From an uncultured candidatus Porisulfidus sp. (GTDB lineage: Bacteria; Pseudomonadota; Gammaproteobacteria; Poriferisulfidales; Poriferisulfidaceae), in contig OZ241993.1 in NCBI GenBank assembly GCA_965204575.1, positions 1,488,586-1,552,585 of the forward strand: a stretch of DNA of 64,000 nt, written 5' to 3'. Positions within the stretch are counted from its first letter, which is position 1; the number at the start of each line of letters is the position of its first letter. A program made the position numbers and the translations under genes. The notes beneath the pieces are model-generated. The model was not told where the DNA came from and did not search any database. It saw only the letters and a program-made list of their open reading frames with translations. This document shows positions 58,437 to 64,000 of the stretch, piece by piece.

Positions 58437-58969
58437 GGCGGTGGAAGGTCGCCCGGAGTCTCTTCCCTGGTCAACAAGTCCATCTGTTTGCGTCTGGCCG
58501 ATTCCGGCAGTGCGTTGGCCTCGCGCTCCAGCAACTGCCGCCACTGTTCGATCGTGGTGATTTCCTCGAACACCGAGGCATAGAGGATGCAGGCGATCTG
58601 ATCCCGCTCCCGCAGCTCGTCAATCACCCAGAACCCAATCGTCCGGCTCGGGACGTTCCGGCTCGGGTGGAGGCGCGCGCGATCGCAGACGTTCTGGACA
58701 ATCTCCTCGATGGCATCCGGACTGACGGGTCGGTTGCGCGACGCCATTTCGATGCTCCATGTCAGTTTTTCGGTGTCGAAAGCCTGTGGAATCGATTGCC
58801 CTTTCTTCGCGACATCCGGGAGCTTCAGCTTCGCCCGCTCGTAAGTCGTGAAACGCATCTTGCAGTTCGGATTCAGGCATTGTCGGCGGCGGCGCACTTG
58901 ATCGCCCCCACCCACCGGCCGGGAATCCAGGACCTGGGTATCACCGTGTTTGCAGAACGGGCAGCGCAC
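58433..58969 (-). CDS. nrdR: Transcriptional repressor NrdR
   Basis: MRCPFCKHGDTQVLDSR zinc ribbon and an ATP-cone domain. Confidence 0.9.
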   Translation of the reverse strand: MRCPFCKHGDTQVLDSRPVGGGDQVRRRRQCLNPNCKMRFTTYERAKLKLPDVAKKGQSIPQAFDTEKLTWSIEMASRNRPVSPDAIEEIVQNVCDRARLHPSRNVPSRTIGFWVIDELRERDQIACILYASVFEEITTIEQWRQLLEREANALPESARRKQMDLLTREETPGDLPPP

Positions 58970-59010
58970 GATCTCCTCGCCAGTGCTCCCGCTCCCTGGC
59001 CCGGGGCCGG

Positions 59011-60270
59011 TTAGTCGGCCTCGTACACCGGATAGCGCGCGCAGATTTCCTGCACCTGCCCGCGCACGCGGTCAATCACGGATTCGTCGCCCAAGTCGTC
59101 GATGATGTCGCACATCCAGCCGGCCAGCGTACGGCATTCATCCTCTTGAAAGCCCCGGGTCGTGACCGCGGGCGTGCCGACCCGGATGCCACTGGTCACG
59201 AACGGCGACTTCGGGTCGTTGGGAACGGTGTTCTTGTTCACCGTGATGTGGGCCCGTCCCAGCGCAGCGTCAACCTCCTTTCCGGTCAGTTCCTGGGCAA
59301 TGAAGTCGACCAGGAACAGGTGGTCATCCGTCCCGCCGGAGACGACCTTGTAGTTGCGCTCGATGAAGACTTCGGCCATGGCCTTGGCATTGGCCAGCAC
59401 CTGGCGCTGGTATTCCTTGAACTCAGGCTGGGCGGCCTCGCGGAACGCCACCGCCTTCGCCGCGATGACATGCATCAGCGGACCCCCTTGCATCCCGGGG
59501 AACACCATGGAGTTGATCTTCTTGGTGATCTCCTCGTTCTCGCGGGCAATGATGAAGCCACTGCGGGGTCCGCGCAGCGTCTTGTGGGTGGTGGAGGTCA
59601 CCACGTCGGCGACCGGCACCGGGCTCGGGTAGAGATCTGCGGCAATCAGCCCCGAGACGTGCGCCATGTCGACCATCAGCAAGGCCCCGACGGAATCGGA
59701 GATGTCGCGGAAGCGCTGCCAGTCCATGACCCGCGAATAAGCGGAAAACCCGGCCACGACCATCTTGGGGCGGTGCTCGGCAGCCAGCTGTTCGACCTGC
59801 TCGTAGTCCACCTCCCCGGTTTCCGGGTTCAACCCGTACTGGACCGCGTTGTAGTTCTGTCCGGAAAAGTTGACATGGGAGCCATGCGTCAGGTGCCCGC
59901 CATGGGCCAAGGCCATGCCAAGCAGGGTATCGCCCGGCTGCAGCAGCGCGGTGTACACCGCCGCGTTCGCCTGGGACCCGGCGTGCGGCTGCACATTGGC
60001 GTAATCCGCCTTGTACAACTCGCAAGCGCGGTCGATGGCCAATTGCTCAACCACGTCCACATGCTCGCAGCCCCCGTAGTAACGCTTGGCGGGGTAGCCT
60101 TCCGCATACTTGTTGGTCAGCACCGACCCCTGCGCCTCCAGGATCCGCGGGCTGGTGTAGTTCTCAGAGGCGATCAGCTCGATATGTTCTTCCTGGCGGC
60201 GACGTTCCGCCTCCATCGCGGCGGCAACCTCCGGGTCGAATCCGGCAATGGTCAGATCTTTTTTAAACAT
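59011..60270 (-). CDS. glyA: Serine hydroxymethyltransferase
   Basis: 419 aa with …[12 protein letters not shown]… PLP-lysine motif. Confidence 0.95.
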   Translation of the reverse strand: MFKKDLTIAGFDPEVAAAMEAERRRQEEHIELIASENYTSPRILEAQGSVLTNKYAEGYPAKRYYGGCEHVDVVEQLAIDRACELYKADYANVQPHAGSQANAAVYTALLQPGDTLLGMALAHGGHLTHGSHVNFSGQNYNAVQYGLNPETGEVDYEQVEQLAAEHRPKMVVAGFSAYSRVMDWQRFRDISDSVGALLMVDMAHVSGLIAADLYPSPVPVADVVTSTTHKTLRGPRSGFIIARENEEITKKINSMVFPGMQGGPLMHVIAAKAVAFREAAQPEFKEYQRQVLANAKAMAEVFIERNYKVVSGGTDDHLFLVDFIAQELTGKEVDAALGRAHITVNKNTVPNDPKSPFVTSGIRVGTPAVTTRGFQEDECRTLAGWMCDIIDDLGDESVIDRVRGQVQEICARYPVYEAD

Positions 60271-60323
60271 GGCAGTTCTTGCAAAGGGTCGGACGCGGCA
60301 TTATAAGGGGTTGCATGCCATTT

Positions 60324-60707
60324 TCAGGCGGAACCACCCTCGGCCAACTGCAACAGCAACTCGGGCAAACCGGCCTCCGCACCCAGATGCGTGCACAGGT
60401 TAATAAGTATGTCGGGATGCCGCTCACGCGCCTGATCCAGCAAGGCCGGGACGTCGTCGCGGACATGACGGCCCGCAGCCAGGAAGTACGGCAGAACCCA
60501 CAACTGCGCCGCGCCCTGTGCAACACAGGCGTCAATTCCCGTCGGAATGTCCGGTTCGGCAATCTCCAGGAAAGCATGCGTCACGATCTCATACCGGTCG
60601 CCGGATGCCTCGCGCAACCGCTCGGTGAGTTCGGCCACTTCGGCATTGGCCTCCGGCAGGCGCGAACCGTGCGCAACCAGCAGCAATGCACGTTTGCCGG
60701 CATTCAT
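60324..60707 (-). CDS. CbiX-type small sirohydrochlorin chelatase
   Basis: 127 aa from the internal Met. LLLVAHGSR motif. ATGA overlap with the kdsB stop. Confidence 0.6.
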   Translation of the reverse strand: MNAGKRALLLVAHGSRLPEANAEVAELTERLREASGDRYEIVTHAFLEIAEPDIPTGIDACVAQGAAQLWVLPYFLAAGRHVRDDVPALLDQARERHPDILINLCTHLGAEAGLPELLLQLAEGGSA

Positions 60708-61432
60708 GCCAAAGCCTCCATCGCGGCGCGCACCCGTGCCAAATCCTCGGGCGTATCCACGCCCGGCGATGTCGCTTCGACGCCCGGCTCGACATGGACG
60801 CGAAGGCCATGGTGGAGCATCCGGCACTGTTCCAGCGATTCCTCCAACTCCTGCGGCGCCGGCGGCAGCTTGACATACCGGGCGAGCCCGCCCGCACGGT
60901 AGGCATAAACCCCCAGATGGCGCTGGCAGCGCGTCTCTTCGATTTGCCGGGGCGCCCGGCTGAATCCTTCGGCGTACCCTTCCTCGTCCCGCCAGACCTT
61001 GACGACCTGGGCGCGACCCCAATCCCCTTCATCGAGGGGCTCGCACAAAGTCGCCGCGAAAGCTTCGTCCCGAGCGGCCAGGTTCCCGGCCACCTGGGAA
61101 ATCAGGGCGGGCGGGAGCATCGGCTCGTCTGCCTGCACATTGACCACGATCGCATCCGCGTCCCAATCCAGGTATTCCAGCAATTCGCCCAAGCGGGCTG
61201 TCCCGTTCGGATGATCCAGGCGCGTCATCCAGACCGGCGCGCCGAACGAACGGGCGCACTCGGCCACCGCCTCGTCGCCCGCCGCAATCACGACCGAAGC
61301 GGCTCCGCTCTGCCGGGCGTGCTCAAAAACCCATTGCAGCATCGGTTGCCCGGCGATTTCAAGCAGCGGCTTGTTCGGCAGCCGCGTCGACGCACTTCGC
61401 GCCGGAATCGCCACATGGAAAGTCGGGCTCAT
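60704..61432 (-). CDS. kdsB: 3-deoxy-manno-octulosonate cytidylyltransferase
   Basis: [17 protein letters not shown] motif. Confidence 0.9.
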   Translation of the reverse strand: MSPTFHVAIPARSASTRLPNKPLLEIAGQPMLQWVFEHARQSGAASVVIAAGDEAVAECARSFGAPVWMTRLDHPNGTARLGELLEYLDWDADAIVVNVQADEPMLPPALISQVAGNLAARDEAFAATLCEPLDEGDWGRAQVVKVWRDEEGYAEGFSRAPRQIEETRCQRHLGVYAYRAGGLARYVKLPPAPQELEESLEQCRMLHHGLRVHVEPGVEATSPGVDTPEDLARVRAAMEALA

Positions 61433-61626
61433 GAATCATGCCGGTAGCGCTGGTATTCCTCTTCCAACAACCCGCGCGCCTCTTCTTCCAGCAAGACCGG
61501 AATGTCGTCGCGCACCGGGTAAGCCAGGCGCGCCGACACCGAAATCAGTTCCTGCTGCTCACGGTCGTACAGCAGCGGGCCCTTGGTGACCGGGCAGACA
61601 AGGATATCCAGCAGTCTTTTGTCCAT
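61429..61626 (-). CDS. Trm112/YcaR family small zinc-finger-like protein
   Basis: [17 protein letters not shown]…[15 protein letters not shown] is collinear with YcaR. Conserved ycaR-kdsB linkage. Confidence 0.8.
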   Translation of the reverse strand: MDKRLLDILVCPVTKGPLLYDREQQELISVSARLAYPVRDDIPVLLEEEARGLLEEEYQRYRHDS

Positions 61627-61643
61627 CTGTTCCCGACTCCCGC

Positions 61644-64000
61644 TCATGTCTTCGCTTCGGCATCCAGGGAATCCAGTGCCTTGGCCCTTCGGTTCTCCTC
61701 AATGGCGCGTTGCGCGCTGCCGATGATTTCCTCGGCAACCGCCGGTTCCAGCGCCACGTCGACCTCCAAAGAATACCACCGTTCACGGGCAAAACGCTCG
61801 CACTTGACCGCATCCTTGGGCGTCATGACTACCGCGTGACCGTCCGCAAAGTCGAGTTGCCCGGCTCGGAAAGCATGGTGGTCCTCGTAGATGTGCGGAA
61901 TCGCGTCGATCCCGGCGCTGGCCAGGGATTCCAGAAACCGGTGCGGATTCCCGATCCCGCAGACCGCGTGCACGGTCTGCCCCGCAAGGCCGGACAGCGG
62001 GACCGTGCTGCCGTCAAGCAAGGAGCGCAGGTGTTTCACCTGCAAGTCGAACCGGTGTTCTCCTTGCTCCGGAGCTCCTCCGTGCACCAGGATCCAATCG
62101 GCCAAACGCACGCGCCCGAGCGGCTCCCTCAGCGGTCCGGCAGGCAGGCACAAGCCGTTGCCGTGCCGGCGTTTGCCGTCCACCACCAGGATCTCGATCT
62201 CCCGTGACAAACCCAAATGCTGCAGCCCGTCATCCGAGAGGATGATGCTGACGGTATGCCGCTCGCAGAGCGCCTGCGCGGCCGCCACCCGGTCCGGGCC
62301 TGCAAACACGGGACAGCCCGTCTGTGCCGCAACCAGAACCGCCTCCTCCCCGACCTCATCGGGGCCAGTCGCGGCATCAACCTCGCGGGGCCAGGTTGTG
62401 CTGTCGCCCCGGTAGCCCCGGCACACGATCCCGACCGAAACTCCCAGGCTTCGAAGCCGGAGTGCCAGCCAGACCACCAGAGGGGTCTTCCCGGTGCCTC
62501 CGACGCTCAGGTTGCCGATCACCGCCACAGGCACCGGCAAGGCAGGCGGCCGGTTCAGCCAACGGCGCCAGATCCGCCGCAGGAACACGCCGGTGCGATA
62601 CAGCCAACTCAGTGGCCGCAAGACCCACACCCAGCGGCTATCCCCGTACCAGACGGTCTCGGCAAAACGCGTCACCCAGGACTGATGCCGGGTGCTCTCC
62701 GCCTCCAGCAGTTCCCCGCGGCGGGGTGGGCGTTCCTCGACGTCCCCCGTATCCTGGAACTGATGCTGGTAGAGCTTCCTGTAGACCTGGTTCCTCTGGA
62801 TCAGCTCCCCATGCGTGCCCTGCTCGACAACCTCGCCCTGATCCAGGACGACGATCCGGTCTGCCCGTTCAACCGTCGACAGTCGATGCGCGATGATCAG
62901 GGTGGTGGAGACTTCCATGATCTTGTCCAAGGCTTCCTGCACGTACCGCTCGGATTCGCTGTCTAGCGACGAGGTCGCTTCGTCCAGGATCAGGATCGGT
63001 GCCCGCTTGTACAGGGCCCGGGCCAAGGCCAGGCGCTGTCGCTGGCCCCCGGAAAGCTGTACCCCCCCTTCCCCGATGATAGTCTCCAGGCCCTGTGGCA
63101 GGCGATCCACAAACTCGTCGACATGCGCACTGCGCAGCGCCAACTCCAGGTCGTGCTGCTGATCCGGGTCCACCCCATAGGTAATGTTGTTGCGCACCGT
63201 GTCGTTGAACAGCACCACGTTCTGTCCCACGTAACTGATCAGCCCCCGCAGGTCAGACAGTTGCAGGTCGTTGATCGGAATGTCGTCGATCCGGATTTCC
63301 CCGCTCTGCGGGGCATAGAAGCGCGGCAACAGGTTGGCCAGCGAAGACTTGCCGGAGCCGGAGCGCCCGACCAGGGCCACGGTCTCGCCGCGCCGGATCG
63401 TCAGCGAGACATTGTGAAGCGCTTCGCGGTCCGCGTTGCGGTAACGCAAACTGATCCGATCATAGGCGATCGAATGCTGCAGATCCTGCTTGGAATGCCC
63501 GCCCTGATCCTGTTCCACCGGGGTGTCCAGCATCTGGAAGACCTGCTGGCCGGCGGCGATGCTCTGCTGCAGCCGGGTGTTGACCTGCACCAGGTTCCGC
63601 GCAGGGGCCAACAGCATCAGCATGGCGAACATGAACGACACGAACCCGCCGACCGTGATGGTGCTGAGCACCCCTTCCAGCGTCACCAAGTAGACGATGC
63701 CGGCCCAGGCCAGCCCGACCAGCAGCATGATGACCGAAGACACCAAGGCCGCCATCTGTTGCGTGCGGACCTGTCGCTTCCGGAAATACTCGGTCGTCTC
63801 ATCGAAGCGTGTTTTCTCCATAGCCTCGGCCTGAAACACCTTCACGACCCGGTAACCCTGGATCACTTCCTGGGCGTTCTGCACGGTCGCGGTGAGCGCC
63901 TCCATCATGCGGTGGCTAAGCTTTCGGACTCTCCGGTTGCTGCTGGGAATCAGCCAGGCGAACACCGGCACGGCGGCCAGGAACGCAACGGTCAGGATCC
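61644..64000 (-). CDS. Continuous ORF encoding the MsbA C-terminal part (ABC exporter nucleotide-binding domain) fused in frame to full-length tetraacyldisaccharide 4'-kinase LpxK. The 5' end lies beyond the window
   Basis: MsbA Walker [18 protein letters not shown] signature and [10 protein letters not shown]. After …YQHQFQ there is no stop. A roughly 27-aa linker leads into LpxK (…[18 protein letters not shown]…[14 protein letters not shown]…). Confidence 0.7.
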   Translation of the reverse strand, partial: ILTVAFLAAVPVFAWLIPSSNRRVRKLSHRMMEALTATVQNAQEVIQGYRVVKVFQAEAMEKTRFDETTEYFRKRQVRTQQMAALVSSVIMLLVGLAWAGIVYLVTLEGVLSTITVGGFVSFMFAMLMLLAPARNLVQVNTRLQQSIAAGQQVFQMLDTPVEQDQGGHSKQDLQHSIAYDRISLRYRNADREALHNVSLTIRRGETVALVGRSGSGKSSLANLLPRFYAPQSGEIRIDDIPINDLQLSDLRGLISYVGQNVVLFNDTVRNNITYGVDPDQQHDLELALRSAHVDEFVDRLPQGLETIIGEGGVQLSGGQRQRLALARALYKRAPILILDEATSSLDSESERYVQEALDKIMEVSTTLIIAHRLSTVERADRIVVLDQGEVVEQGTHGELIQRNQVYRKLYQHQFQDTGDVEERPPRRGELLEAESTRHQSWVTRFAETVWYGDSRWVWVLRPLSWLYRTGVFLRRIWRRWLNRPPALPVPVAVIGNLSVGGTGKTPLVVWLALRLRSLGVSVGIVCRGYRGDSTTWPREVDAATGPDEVGEEAVLVAAQTGCPVFAGPDRVAAAQALCERHTVSIILSDDGLQHLGLSREIEILVVDGKRRHGNGLCLPAGPLREPLGRVRLADWILVHGGAPEQGEHRFDLQVKHLRSLLDGSTVPLSGLAGQTVHAVCGIGNPHRFLESLASAGIDAIPHIYEDHHAFRAGQLDFADGHAVVMTPKDAVKCERFARERWYSLEVDVALEPAVAEEIIGSAQRAIEENRRAKALDSLDAEAKT

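Noticed and set aside
59146-60306. 386-aa plus-strand ORF
   Set aside because: Antisense to glyA.
62673-62675. GTG as an independent lpxK start codon
   Set aside because: No in-frame stop separates it from the upstream MsbA coding sequence and there is no good Shine-Dalgarno. Treated as an internal codon of a fused ORF (see finding). Retained only as a hint that a frameshift may be hidden in the linker.

Overview
High-GC (roughly 60-65%) chromosomal segment, probably gammaproteobacterial, made up mostly of conserved housekeeping operons. These include TCA-cycle genes (fumC-like lyase, acnA, gltA, sdhCDAB-sdhE, mdh), the fabD-fabG-acpP-fabF-pabC-mltG-tmk-holB cluster, clpA/infA, a molybdenum-cofactor/MsrPQ cluster, the nrdR-ribD-ribE-ribBA-ribH-nusB-thiL-pgpA cluster, and glyA, kdsB and an msbA/lpxK ORF at the window edge. 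Two tRNA genes are present: tRNA-Glu(UUC) downstream of gltX, and tRNA-Ala(UGC) upstream of sdhC. Two visibly lower-GC insertions break the core synteny. The first (about 4540-6735, between fumC and acnA) encodes a DPPY-type amino-methyltransferase, an overlapping small protein with a PD-(D/E)xK-like motif, and a convergent multi-TM protein. I read it as an R-M-like or defense-like module. The second (about 50962-53107) encodes an AAA+/DUF4143-type ATPase with a C-terminal PD-ExK-like motif plus a HigB/HigA toxin-antitoxin pair. It is preceded by a striking 24-bp perfect palindrome with a third direct half-site copy. Other oddities are an in-frame msbA-lpxK read-through ORF, a poly-Asp tail on lumazine synthase, an sdhCDAB-sdhE-hyp-metX operon, and a DUF6580 membrane protein coupled to a secreted internally duplicated protein. 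All calls rest on reading the translated ORFs against remembered family signatures. No database searches were run.
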